Assembly: GCA_944389135.1 (NCBI GenBank)
Contig: CALXLG010000003.1
Span: 51,488-115,487, forward strand
Length of the DNA: 64,000 nucleotides
Direction: 5' to 3'
From: an uncultured Alphaproteobacteria bacterium
GTDB lineage: Bacteria; Pseudomonadota; Alphaproteobacteria; Rs-D84
Below the pieces are notes generated by a model, which was not told the origin of the DNA, did not search any database, and saw only the letters and a list, made by a program, of their open reading frames with translations. Every line of letters begins with the position of its first letter. Position 1 is the stretch's first letter. Made by a program: the position numbers and the translations under genes. Positions 7,978-17,033 of this stretch are shown here, in pieces.

Positions 7978-10251
7978 ATGGTAAAAAAGCATAGTTTATA
8001 TTTATTAGCAGGTTCTATTGCGGTTGCACCTTATGCAAATGCTGCAACCGTTTCAAGAATTGACGTCAGTGGGAACAAACGTATGGATGCAGAATCTATA
8101 CGAATTTTATCTGATGTAAAAGTTGGTGAAAATGTCGGTACAGAACGTGCAAATCAAATTGCTAAAAAATTGCAAGAAAGCGGATACTTTTCAAAAATTA
8201 GCGTTCGTATGTCGGGCAATGTATTAAAGATAGATATTCAAGAAGCGCCAACTGTAAACATGGTAACGATTGAAGGAAATGATGAAATATCTACTGATGA
8301 TTTGAAAAAAGAATTACGCTTGAAAGAACGTACATCTTATGATGAATCTGTAATTGGTGCTGATGTACAAAGAATGTTAACGCTTTATCAAAGAAAAGGC
8401 TTCTTTGGTACAAAAATAGAACCTAAAAAAATAGAGCTGGAAGACAATAGAGTCAACGTAGTTTATGAAATTACAGAAGGTCATCCGACTTATATAACCG
8501 ATATTGATTTTGAGGGTAATAAAAAGTTTAGTGATAAAACACTGCGTGGGGAAATCTTATCACGCGAGCATGCGTGGTGGCGTTTTATGACGCAATTTGA
8601 TGTTTTTGACGAAGATAGAATTAAATACGATGAACAAATGTTGCGTCAGTTCTATATGCGCAACGGATACGTTGATATCCAAGTTAAAGATGTTACAGGC
8701 GTTTTTACACCAGACCGTCAATATTATTCTGTAAAATTTACAGTTGATGAAGGTGAAAAATATAAATTTGGTGATTTAAAAATAAACAACCCCTTCCCTG
8801 ACGTGCCAGATGAAGCCCTGTATGACGTTATTGTTATGTCAAAGGGTGACGTATACAATATTGATGAAGTTGATGAAACTATATCGGCTTTACGTGGTGC
8901 GGTTGCAGATTATGGTTATGCGTTTATAAACGTTGAACCAATTCCAACCAAAGATGATAAAAATAAAACAATTGGTCTGGAATTCAAAATTCAGAAAACA
9001 AATCGCGTTTACTTAAATACAATAAACATATTGGGTAATGTCAGAACTTTTGACAGTGTAATTGAACAATTAATACCTATGCGGGCGGGCGACCCATTCT
9101 CGTTACAGACAATTGAAGAAGGTCGTCAGAATTTAATGCGTACCCGCTATTTCAAAGATGTACAGATGGTACCAAGTCGCGTTGCAGATGCAAATATGAT
9201 GAACTTGGACATAAAAGTTGAAGAACAACCAACTGGCGAACTTTCTGGTGGTTTTGGTTGGTCAAACATAAATGGTTTTATGGTTGATGCCGGTATTACA
9301 GAAAGCAACTTTATGGGACGCGGTCAAATTGTACAATTGCGTGGTTCAATTGCGCAATATCAAAAGCAGGCTTTGTTCAGCTTTACAGAACCATACTTAT
9401 TTGGACGCCGGTTGTCTGGTGGGGTTGATGTATCGTATACAATGTATGATTACTCTTCTTTGGGTGGTTTTGGTTATGACCGTGATTCTTTAACTGTATC
9501 TGGCAGAATGGGCTGGAAATTAACAGACCATTGGTCACAAAATGTCAGATTGTCCGCATCATTTGACCAGAATTATGATATTCAATCAGAAACGGGTTGG
9601 CGTGACGCAAATCTTTATACATTAGGTACATACCTAAGATATTATAATTTGGACACTAATTTTGAACAAAATACACACACTGGTGTTGTTGGGAACCTGG
9701 GCATTGCTTATACCGGGTTTGGCGGAACAGAAACTTATATGCGATATAGCGGTGATATTATTGGTATGGTTAAATTCTGGGATGACCGTTGGCAATTACG
9801 CTCTTCATTAGAATTTGGAATTCTGCAATCAATCGGTGGCGACTATATTTCACGTGTATATAGATACTTCCTGGGTGGTGAATCACTTCGTGGTTTTGAT
9901 ATTGCAGGTGTTGGTTCCAGAAACTGGGCGTACACAACTTATTCACTTGGTGGGCTGTGGAAAGTTAATGGTTCAACGCAGTTAAATTTTCCTATATTCA
10001 TACCTGATGAATATCAGATAAAGGGCTTTGTATTCTTTGATTATGGTATCCTAGGTAAACCACCAAAAGAAGAATATTATTACGCAGGCAAGCCTAACTA
10101 TATTGACGATGATTTACGTACATCTGTTGGTGTTGGTATTTACTGGAACACACCAATGGGACCAATGAACTTCAGTTGGGGCTGGCCTTTACGAATGACA
10201 AAATATGATAGGGAACAAAGATTCTTGTTATCATTCGAAACCCAATTCTAA
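7978..10251 (+). CDS. bamA: Outer membrane protein assembly factor BamA
   Basis: 757 aa with a signal peptide, POTRA-like N-terminal repeats, a C-terminal beta-barrel and a terminal F. It follows rseP. Confidence 0.9.
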   Translation: MVKKHSLYLLAGSIAVAPYANAATVSRIDVSGNKRMDAESIRILSDVKVGENVGTERANQIAKKLQESGYFSKISVRMSGNVLKIDIQEAPTVNMVTIEGNDEISTDDLKKELRLKERTSYDESVIGADVQRMLTLYQRKGFFGTKIEPKKIELEDNRVNVVYEITEGHPTYITDIDFEGNKKFSDKTLRGEILSREHAWWRFMTQFDVFDEDRIKYDEQMLRQFYMRNGYVDIQVKDVTGVFTPDRQYYSVKFTVDEGEKYKFGDLKINNPFPDVPDEALYDVIVMSKGDVYNIDEVDETISALRGAVADYGYAFINVEPIPTKDDKNKTIGLEFKIQKTNRVYLNTINILGNVRTFDSVIEQLIPMRAGDPFSLQTIEEGRQNLMRTRYFKDVQMVPSRVADANMMNLDIKVEEQPTGELSGGFGWSNINGFMVDAGITESNFMGRGQIVQLRGSIAQYQKQALFSFTEPYLFGRRLSGGVDVSYTMYDYSSLGGFGYDRDSLTVSGRMGWKLTDHWSQNVRLSASFDQNYDIQSETGWRDANLYTLGTYLRYYNLDTNFEQNTHTGVVGNLGIAYTGFGGTETYMRYSGDIIGMVKFWDDRWQLRSSLEFGILQSIGGDYISRVYRYFLGGESLRGFDIAGVGSRNWAYTTYSLGGLWKVNGSTQLNFPIFIPDEYQIKGFVFFDYGILGKPPKEEYYYAGKPNYIDDDLRTSVGVGIYWNTPMGPMNFSWGWPLRMTKYDREQRFLLSFETQF

Positions 10252-10252
10252 A

Positions 10253-10277
10253 ATTGCGGACACGTCCGCAATTTTTG
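10253..10277 (+). terminator. Rho-independent terminator after bamA
   Basis: TTGCGGAcacGTCCGCAA followed by TTTTT. Confidence 0.65.
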
Positions 10278-10286
10278 CTTTTACAC

Positions 10287-10316
10287 TTGACGCGTTTATT
10301 GTATTTTTCTTATAAT
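10287..10316 (+). promoter_or_regulatory. Sigma70-like promoter for the lipoprotein/VirB8-like operon
   Basis: TTGACG, an 18-nt spacer, then TATAAT. It lies about 24 nt upstream of the RBS gggggaaaag. Confidence 0.5.
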
Positions 10317-10339
10317 TTAATTAATCTAAGGGGGAAAAG

Positions 10340-10486
10340 ATGAAAAAGGTAATTCTTGGCATATTCGTTGCATTGGTATTAGCCGGCTGTGGTCAGATTT
10401 ACGACCGTGAACCAGTTGGTGTCGGTTATGACAATAATGAATTAAAATTAAGCCCTTGCGCCTGCATAATGGTATTTCAGGCTTAA
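10340..10486 (+). CDS. Small lipoprotein (48 aa), VirB7-like in size and position (tentative)
   Basis: This ORF is not in the track. It has a strong RBS and a lipobox (LVLAGC). It is the first gene of a four-gene co-directional set. Confidence 0.55.
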   Translation: MKKVILGIFVALVLAGCGQIYDREPVGVGYDNNELKLSPCACIMVFQA

Positions 10487-10512
10487 CTAAATTTATCGTA
10501 GGGGGGTATTAG

Positions 10513-11214
10513 TTGGAATATCCAAGCGATTTTGAAACGCCGGCATTCCCAGCGGGAAAGCGTATTGCTATATCCCGCTTTATGACTATTGGTGTGTCCG
10601 TTTTATTCTTGCTGATATTATTTATGTGCGGAATTATATTCTGGACATCACGTTCCCAAAGTATTGACCCGTTTATCGTATCAATTGATAATTTAACAGG
10701 GAACTGGACAGTTATAAGTAACTCGCACAACAATGCCCCAATTGAATACTCTGCGTTGCGTTCTTTGCAAGAAGCAGTTGTTGGTAAATTTACTTCAAAT
10801 TGGCTAACAATATCCGCAGACGAAGCAACAAATGAAAAAATATGGAAAACATGCGATAGAGAAACATCTTGCACTGGGGAAAAAGCCCCCGCTTATGGAA
10901 ATAATGAATGTGCTTTGTTTTGTGCAGCTGGGGAAAAGGTTTTCTCTAAATTTGTATATGACATAGTACCAGATTATCAAAATCGTGTGGCTGCTGGGGA
11001 AAGCTGGACAGTTGATAAAGCAACAATTATGATAGAACCAGCAAGTACAATTTCTGAAAACGGCGGAACATGGAGAATACGCGCCAGCATACAATCTAGT
11101 GTATCAGGCGAAATTGATATTATCGCATTTGCAAAAATAACTCGTAATACGCGAACTTATCCGCAAACACTGGGGTATTATGTAGAAGACTTTAACGCAT
11201 ATAAGATAAACTAA
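10513..11214 (+). CDS. Bitopic inner-membrane protein, VirB8/DotI-like (tentative)
   Basis: The TTG start follows the RBS gggggg. It has a short cytoplasmic N-terminus, one TM helix and a periplasmic domain. The C-terminal YPQTLGYYVEDFNAY resembles the VirB8 NPxGFxVxxY motif. Confidence 0.4.
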   Translation: MEYPSDFETPAFPAGKRIAISRFMTIGVSVLFLLILFMCGIIFWTSRSQSIDPFIVSIDNLTGNWTVISNSHNNAPIEYSALRSLQEAVVGKFTSNWLTISADEATNEKIWKTCDRETSCTGEKAPAYGNNECALFCAAGEKVFSKFVYDIVPDYQNRVAAGESWTVDKATIMIEPASTISENGGTWRIRASIQSSVSGEIDIIAFAKITRNTRTYPQTLGYYVEDFNAYKIN

Positions 11215-11855
11215 TGAAAAAACTTATTATGTTTTTTTCTGGGCTTTGTGTTTTAATCCTGACATTCGGGATGCTGTACGTGTCAGGTGCTATATTTGAT
11301 GCAGGGAAAAACTTAACCGTACAGCCGTATTTCTTTCAACCAAATTATTTATCAGAAAACCGAACGGGAACACCGCAAACACCCCAAGATATGGGCGACA
11401 CTAAGTTTATGGAATTGTTGGTAAAGAAATACATAACCGAATATTTTTATGCAATTCCAGATGTTGAAAATATTGCCCGTAGAACAACCGAAAGCAGTAC
11501 TTTGTACCAACTATCTTATCCTGCTGCATTTAAGTATTGGTCTGATACAGAAGCACAAGTAATTCAAAAACTGGCGGAAGAAAAGGCATTACGAACAGTA
11601 AAAATTATAGACGAAATATACAAACCAACAGGAAGTGATTATTGGATAATTAACTATGAACTTACGACATGGGAAAAAACAAACGATTTTAATATACAAC
11701 CAATAAAAACTAGGGGAACATTGTACTTAAAAATTATATATGAACCTGGTATGATTGATACGGTTGAGTCTGAACAAATCTATGACTACTTAAAAAGTGG
11801 CGGCGACCCAGCACCAATCTTTAAGTTTAGAGTTACAGAAGTTGTAGAAGGATAA
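11214..11855 (+). CDS. Second bitopic membrane protein with the same architecture (VirB8-like paralog, tentative)
   Basis: Its start overlaps the previous stop (TAATG). It has an N-terminal TM helix and about 180 periplasmic residues. Confidence 0.35.
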   Translation: MKKLIMFFSGLCVLILTFGMLYVSGAIFDAGKNLTVQPYFFQPNYLSENRTGTPQTPQDMGDTKFMELLVKKYITEYFYAIPDVENIARRTTESSTLYQLSYPAAFKYWSDTEAQVIQKLAEEKALRTVKIIDEIYKPTGSDYWIINYELTTWEKTNDFNIQPIKTRGTLYLKIIYEPGMIDTVESEQIYDYLKSGGDPAPIFKFRVTEVVEG

Positions 11856-11858
11856 TAA

Positions 11859-12641
11859 ATGAAAAAAAGTGTTGCTAAAATTTTATTTGTTTTATTTGCC
11901 ACAAATGCAATACCTGCAATTGCAGCAACTGACGAATTTGATTTTAGTAATATCGCCATTACAGAAAGTGGTGATGCAAATTTAACTACTGGTTCTGTAG
12001 TTTTGAATCCAGATACATTTCCTGCAAACGTCAGTAATTTTGATATTGCAGGCATAATGCTGGGGATGTCTTTTGAAGATGTTGAAATACAGTTTTTCAA
12101 ATCAAAAGGTTTATATTCCCCACGGGAAAAAGACAGTATCATTTATACGATACAAAAAGATTGGAAATATAACTTAGATTATGAATGCAGACAGCAAGGT
12201 ATTGTTGCACCCGCAGAATTAGAACAATGTATAAACACGCTGGCAAAAAATCGTGGCTTGTTATATGCATCAGAAGTTCATCTGGTACGCGAAAACACCG
12301 GTGAAACAATTACTGTTTATTTTACCAGTAATGCAACAGATAATTTGGTATGGAAAGTCGTTTACAATAACGATGTAAATGAATTAGAAGGTGCACATGA
12401 AAAGTTTGAAAATCAACGTCAGAAAAAAATATTAGTTTTTTGGCAAAATGTTTTGGATAAATATGGTGCACCAAATTCTGGGGCGGATAAATGGATATCT
12501 TCTGGCAATGCCTATGACCCAATGATGACAGCATATTATGGTTCATTAGAACTGGTTGATATGGGGCGAAATGCGTCTGACGTTGCTAAAAACATTCAAC
12601 AAGCGCGTGAAAACTTTTGGTCGAAACCATACGCATTTTAA
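11859..12641 (+). CDS. Secreted protein of unknown function
   Basis: 260 aa with a signal peptide (...AIPAIAATDE). It starts 3 nt after the previous stop. Confidence 0.6.
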   Translation: MKKSVAKILFVLFATNAIPAIAATDEFDFSNIAITESGDANLTTGSVVLNPDTFPANVSNFDIAGIMLGMSFEDVEIQFFKSKGLYSPREKDSIIYTIQKDWKYNLDYECRQQGIVAPAELEQCINTLAKNRGLLYASEVHLVRENTGETITVYFTSNATDNLVWKVVYNNDVNELEGAHEKFENQRQKKILVFWQNVLDKYGAPNSGADKWISSGNAYDPMMTAYYGSLELVDMGRNASDVAKNIQQARENFWSKPYAF

Positions 12642-12699
12642 ATTATAAAAGTTTATACATTTCTCTTTACAATTAAGATTAAGAATTCTAGAATACGAA

Positions 12700-12920
12700 T
12701 GGATTTCAATAGGGATTGAAGTTCGGGACTTAGAAACTCCCTGAATTTATGTCCGATGCGAAAGCATCGTTATCTTTGAAATGATGCTCTCGCATCGTTA
12801 AACCCGCACAAATGGTCGGGAAGCCGTTGGTTATACAACAGGGCTTATCCGAAGACCAATCGGGGTCATCTGACATAAATGACGTTTCTAACTTCCCGAC
12901 CGCCAAATTTATGGGCGGTT
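12700..12920 (-). ncRNA. Candidate structured RNA element, copy 1 (homologous to 45994-46165)
   Basis: It lies in a 410-nt intergenic gap. Its nested helices, in plus coordinates, are 12899-12904/12914-12919, 12814-12823/12892-12901, 12824-12831/12855-12863 and 12865-12869/12879-12883. The loop motif CCTGTTGTATA is shared with copy 2. Confidence 0.45.
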
Positions 12921-13052
12921 CTTCTTTACCTTTGTTTTCTGAAAATAACCCTAAGTGGTGGATGCGTACGTCATATAACGAAAGCGTATGGAATTGGGAA
13001 AAAGTATTCTGATTGTTTGAACATCCACCACCAAAAAACATAAGGTGAAAAA

Positions 13053-14144
13053 ATGCCAAAAGTATCTATAATTGTTCCTTGTTATAACGTATCACCATAT
13101 CTGGAAAGATGCCTTGACAGCCTTATCCAACAAAATTTAAAAGATATAGAAATAATTTGCATTGATGATAAATCAACGGATAACACTTTAAAAATTTTGC
13201 ATAAATATGCAAAAATAGATTCAAGAATAAAACTTATAGAATTTGAAAAGAACACAGGTGTTGCAATTGCTAGAAATTCAGGTCTTAGAATTGCAAAAGG
13301 TGAATATATCGGTTTTGTTGACCCAGATGATTATGTTGATTTAGATTTTTATGAAAAGTTATATAATGTTGCGAAATCTAGTAAGGCTGACTTTATAAAA
13401 GGTAATGTAATTTCTGTAAACAATAATACCAAAGACATTTCTATAGACAAAAAAATGGAAAATATAGAAAAGCATATCTCTAATTTTTCTAGCGCATTTT
13501 GGTCTGCTATATATAGAAAAGATTTTTTAGAAAAAAATAAAATTCTTTTTCCCCCGGATATAATAACATCTCAAGACGCTGTTTTTTTAGCCCAAGTCGG
13601 ATTAAAGGCAAAAAAAATTAAACTGGTTTACGATACTTATTATCACTATTTCTATCAAAGACCCGGTTCTTTAGATTCTCAATTCTTGCCTCATGAAAAA
13701 GCGGAATCTAAATATAAAGCATTCTGTATAAACATAAACCTAATAGAAAATTCAAAACTATCCGAAGACGATATGAAATTATTTATAGATACTCATGTCT
13801 TATCACATGTTATATATGAAATCTATAAAGACTTTGAATTAGACAGCGACAGAAAAAAGTTTTTTGATTTATTAGTAAATTTAAATAAAAAATATAATTT
13901 AAAGAGATTCTTAACATTACGTTTAGGTAAAAGAAAGTTCAAAAACGTTTTGTATAATGATTATACTAATTTTAGTTTAGCAAAAAAATCTAGAATTTAT
14001 TTATTTGATTTTATACCAATAATTTTAATAAAAACAATTGGATACAACAAAGAAATTAAATTATTTGATTTCTTACCTATATTGAAAATTTCTTATAACA
14101 AAGTATTTTTATTCAATTTTATTTTAATTCTTAAAATAAGGTAA
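13053..14144 (+). CDS. Family-2 glycosyltransferase
   Basis: The N-terminus VSIIVPCYNVSPYLERCLDSLIQQ...ICIDDKSTD...FVDPDD is a typical GT2 (GT-A) signature. The coding sequence is very AT-rich. Confidence 0.8.
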   Translation: MPKVSIIVPCYNVSPYLERCLDSLIQQNLKDIEIICIDDKSTDNTLKILHKYAKIDSRIKLIEFEKNTGVAIARNSGLRIAKGEYIGFVDPDDYVDLDFYEKLYNVAKSSKADFIKGNVISVNNNTKDISIDKKMENIEKHISNFSSAFWSAIYRKDFLEKNKILFPPDIITSQDAVFLAQVGLKAKKIKLVYDTYYHYFYQRPGSLDSQFLPHEKAESKYKAFCININLIENSKLSEDDMKLFIDTHVLSHVIYEIYKDFELDSDRKKFFDLLVNLNKKYNLKRFLTLRLGKRKFKNVLYNDYTNFSLAKKSRIYLFDFIPIILIKTIGYNKEIKLFDFLPILKISYNKVFLFNFILILKIR

Positions 14145-14148
14145 AAAC

Positions 14149-15594
14149 ATGAAAAGAAAATATGACTATATAATATCTTTAGGTGAAAAATGTTTTATTG
14201 CGCAAACACTACATTTTATAGGAGCTAGAAAATTCTCGTCACCTTTTGATTGGGTTGGAATACATGAATTTACCAAAAACTCCTGCGTTGTTGGCAGAAT
14301 AAATTTAATATTAAATAATTTTAAGAACTTTTTTGATAAAAAAGAAGATTTTATACCACTTTATAATGGAGAATCGTATTTTTTTGTAAATAAAAACACA
14401 GGATTCGCCTTTAGACATGAATTTGTTGACCTTGATGATTTTGATAAAAATTTTGACCTTATAAAAGAAAAGTATGACAGAAGATGTAAAAGATTAATTG
14501 AGATACTTCAATCTAATAAAAAAATTTTATTTGTTTATTCCAGCAGTCTTTTCCCCATAAACGATAAAAAACAAGTAATAGAAGCAATTAATTTATTAAA
14601 CAAAAAATTTAATACAAATAAAATTGATTTATTGATAGTTGAAAGTAACAAAAATTTAAATAGACAAAACAACATTAAATATAAAAAGATAAACTCTAAT
14701 ATAATTTGGGTATCTGGTGTAGATTTATATAAACCAGTTTCAAACAAATCACCAGAATATTATATTAAAACCTTATCTAAAATTATAAAAACAAAGGCAG
14801 AAATTAAACCGGACAATGTTCAAACAATAATATCTTTAACAAGTTTCCCCGCCCGAATAAATAATATTCATATAGTTATAAAATCTTTGTTAAAGCAATC
14901 TGTAAAACCAGATAAAATTGTTCTTTACTTATCAGAACAAGAATTTCCTAAAAAAGAAATTCCTACTAATTTACAAAATCTTATCGGACCTATATTTGAA
15001 GTTAAATTTGTAAAAGAAAACTATAAATCATATAATAAACTAATTTATGCAATTAAAGACTTTCCAAATTCAAATATAGTAACTGTGGACGATGATATTT
15101 TATATCCTAAAAATTTATTATCAACTTTATTAAAAGAGCATAAAAAAAATCCAAAAACTATTTGCGCCCACAGAATAAGGAAAATAAATATACAAAATGA
15201 AGTTATAATGCCTTATAGAACATGGAAACTATTCGAAAAAAGAAGTCTTGTTTCAAAACCACTTAAGCCCGACTTTAAAAATTTCTTCTGTGGCGTTGGT
15301 GGTGTTTTATATCCACCCAGGTCTTTACATCCAGATGTTTTAAACTGCGATAAATTTTTAAAATTATGTGCACACCAAGATGATGTTTGGTTCTGGGCTA
15401 TGGCAGTAAAAAACAACTATAAAATATCTGTAACCCGTTTCGGATATAATCTTTTTAAACGAACGATACAATCTTTACAAGAGGTTGGTTTATGGAATAC
15501 AATAAATAGTAATAATACAGAAAGCCCCAATAATAAAGCAATAGAAGCAGTATTAAAAGAATACCCTGAAATAAGAAAGAAAATAGTGGCATAA
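14149..15594 (+). CDS. Two-domain protein: N-terminal DUF1796-like (papain-fold-like) domain plus a C-terminal glycosyltransferase-like domain
   Basis: The N-terminus ISLGEKCFIAQTLHFIGARKFSSPFDWV resembles DUF1796. The C-terminal half contains VTVDDDILYP (a DxD-type motif). The coding sequence is very AT-rich. Confidence 0.5.
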   Translation: MKRKYDYIISLGEKCFIAQTLHFIGARKFSSPFDWVGIHEFTKNSCVVGRINLILNNFKNFFDKKEDFIPLYNGESYFFVNKNTGFAFRHEFVDLDDFDKNFDLIKEKYDRRCKRLIEILQSNKKILFVYSSSLFPINDKKQVIEAINLLNKKFNTNKIDLLIVESNKNLNRQNNIKYKKINSNIIWVSGVDLYKPVSNKSPEYYIKTLSKIIKTKAEIKPDNVQTIISLTSFPARINNIHIVIKSLLKQSVKPDKIVLYLSEQEFPKKEIPTNLQNLIGPIFEVKFVKENYKSYNKLIYAIKDFPNSNIVTVDDDILYPKNLLSTLLKEHKKNPKTICAHRIRKINIQNEVIMPYRTWKLFEKRSLVSKPLKPDFKNFFCGVGGVLYPPRSLHPDVLNCDKFLKLCAHQDDVWFWAMAVKNNYKISVTRFGYNLFKRTIQSLQEVGLWNTINSNNTESPNNKAIEAVLKEYPEIRKKIVA

Positions 15595-15607
15595 AAAGCC
15601 ACTATTT

Positions 15608-16114
15608 TTATGCGGAATACCCATAAACAGACCAATTAACAAATATTTGATTAGTGTTTCCTCCTATATTTCTTACCCCCAATTCTACACTAGAAATACT
15701 TCTTGGACCAGAATTTCCCATTAGTCTTGTATACGAACTGTTACTAAATGGTGTTACTTGAACAGAATAATTTGTATTCAACATATTTAAGCTAAATACG
15801 GCGGTTAAATTCTTTGCGACGCCATCTGCTAAGTTTCCAAAACTTATTGTCCCCCCCTGCTCTACCCAGCCGCTTTTGTACTTGCGGTACCAACTGCTGC
15901 CGTCAGCCGCACGCCAAGTCTCTATAACATAATCTGCTGTATTTATGTCTGATGGTATATCGCTCTTCTTCGCTAATATTGTACCCCCTACTGTCTCGCC
16001 ATCATGAACACGTAACGTTTTGTTCGTCGTGTCCATCGTTATTTCTCCAATCACTCCTGTAAATTCTTCGTGCTCAACAGCACTGCCACGACGTATTTGT
16101 ATCTGTCTGGACAT
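15608..16114 (-). CDS. Phage tail-fibre-like protein (receptor-binding tip)
   Basis: The N-terminus IQIRRGSAVEHEEFTGVIGEITMDTTNKTLRVHDGETVGG matches the common fibre/Mtd-type N-terminal motif. The C-terminal SWYRKYKSGWVEQGG... resembles Gp53-like fibre tips. Confidence 0.7.
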   Translation of the reverse strand: MSRQIQIRRGSAVEHEEFTGVIGEITMDTTNKTLRVHDGETVGGTILAKKSDIPSDINTADYVIETWRAADGSSWYRKYKSGWVEQGGTISFGNLADGVAKNLTAVFSLNMLNTNYSVQVTPFSNSSYTRLMGNSGPRSISSVELGVRNIGGNTNQIFVNWSVYGYSA

Positions 16115-16173
16115 TTTTACTCCTTATATATATACGATACGTTTTCTGATTGTTTGAATTGAATTTCCTTGTT

Positions 16174-16527
16174 ATGATTAACACTATGAATTCTTATAAC
16201 ATCGGTGTTTTTTCAGAACTAATTGCATGTGCTTATTTAATTCTACACGGGTTTCGTATAGTGAAAAGACGATATATTACGGGACGTCTTACTAATCGCG
16301 CAGAAATTGATATCATCGCAAAGAAAAAAGACCTTTTAATATTCGTCGAAGTTAAAAGACGTTCCAATACAACAGAAGCTTTTAATGCTATAACCAGTGC
16401 ACAGATAAAAAGACTTCGCACCGCAGCAGAAACTTATATTTTACAAAAAAATTGGCGTGGCAACGCCAGATTTGATGCGATAATCATAACGCCTAAAAAA
16501 CTTCAATGGATTAAGGGCGCTATATAA
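16174..16527 (+). CDS. yraN: YraN-family (UPF0102) endonuclease-like protein
   Basis: EIDIIAKKKDLLIFVEVKRR and ...ARFDAIII... form the PD-(D/E)xK-like pattern typical of YraN. Confidence 0.75.
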   Translation: MINTMNSYNIGVFSELIACAYLILHGFRIVKRRYITGRLTNRAEIDIIAKKKDLLIFVEVKRRSNTTEAFNAITSAQIKRLRTAAETYILQKNWRGNARFDAIIITPKKLQWIKGAI

Positions 16528-16588
16528 GCTTGCATATAATTTCGTTTTTTTATAATATATAAATACACCGATTAAAAAGGAGATATGT

Positions 16589-16738
16589 ATGAAAAAAATT
16601 ATGTTGGCTTTGTTTGCTGTTTTAACATTGGCTGCTTGCACAGGTTCATATAAGCAAGGTAATTGTGAATATGATTTCTTGTTACATAAAGATATTTCTA
16701 TTTCTAAAATTATCGGCAACGCAACAGGTGGTTGCTAA
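16589..16738 (+). CDS. Small lipoprotein (49 aa)
   Basis: This ORF is not in the track. It has the RBS aaaggag and a lipobox (LTLAAC), and a bidirectional terminator follows at 16744-16776. Confidence 0.5.
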   Translation: MKKIMLALFAVLTLAACTGSYKQGNCEYDFLLHKDISISKIIGNATGGC

Positions 16739-16772
16739 AGAACAAAAAAATCCCGCAAAATGCGGGATTTTT

Positions 16773-17033
16773 TTATTTTATTACCGCTGTCTTAATTAAT
16801 GATACATCGTCTTTGATACCGTCAATTTTTATCTGTAATTGCCCAATACCCGTTTCTAAAATTGTTGTCCTGTTTTCCAGCGTTGTAATTCTATGATCTG
16901 CACGTTCTAATTCCGCCAGTGATGAATCTTGACGTGCAACCCAATATATCATGCCAGCGACAAAGGCGATTAAGAACCAACTATCTCTTAAGAAGTCAAT
17001 AATTCCCATCGCTCCGTTTTGAGTTTGCATCAC
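16773..17033 (-). CDS. Membrane-anchored coiled-coil protein (phage cluster)
   Basis: 86 aa with one TM helix (WFLIAFVAGMIYWV) followed by a heptad-rich tail. It overlaps the upstream ORF by 4 nt. Confidence 0.5.
   Translation of the reverse strand: MMQTQNGAMGIIDFLRDSWFLIAFVAGMIYWVARQDSSLAELERADHRITTLENRTTILETGIGQLQIKIDGIKDDVSLIKTAVIK

Noticed and set aside
12730-12774. A tmRNA-tag-like reading frame on the minus strand (KDNDAFASDINSGSF, then a stop).
   Set aside because: There is no tRNA-like domain with a G3:U70 acceptor and no CCA-ending T-arm in either a standard or a permuted arrangement. The homologous copy at 46.1 kb does not preserve the frame.
12832-12850. RNase P CR-V-like string ACAACAGGGCUUAUCC on the plus strand.
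   Set aside because: No GGAAAGUCCGGGC-type CR-I/P4 partner lies at a suitable distance, because the upstream sequence is coding. The second copy of the element lacks GGCUUA.
12957-13033. A 77-nt segment closed by GGTGGAT/ATCCACC and ending in ACCA, which is tRNA-sized, just upstream of the glycosyltransferase RBS.
   Set aside because: It has no D-arm, no TTCRANY T-loop and no plausible anticodon arm, so it is not a tRNA. The 10-bp closing helix (12956-12965/13021-13030) is real and may be a 5'-UTR or antisense structure, but I cannot assign it a function.
15608-16114. Possibility of a diversity-generating retroelement, because the fibre N-terminus resembles the Mtd-type motif.
   Set aside because: There is no reverse transcriptase ORF and I could not see a template-repeat/variable-repeat pair. 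The C-terminus looks like a Gp53-type tip rather than a C-type lectin fold.
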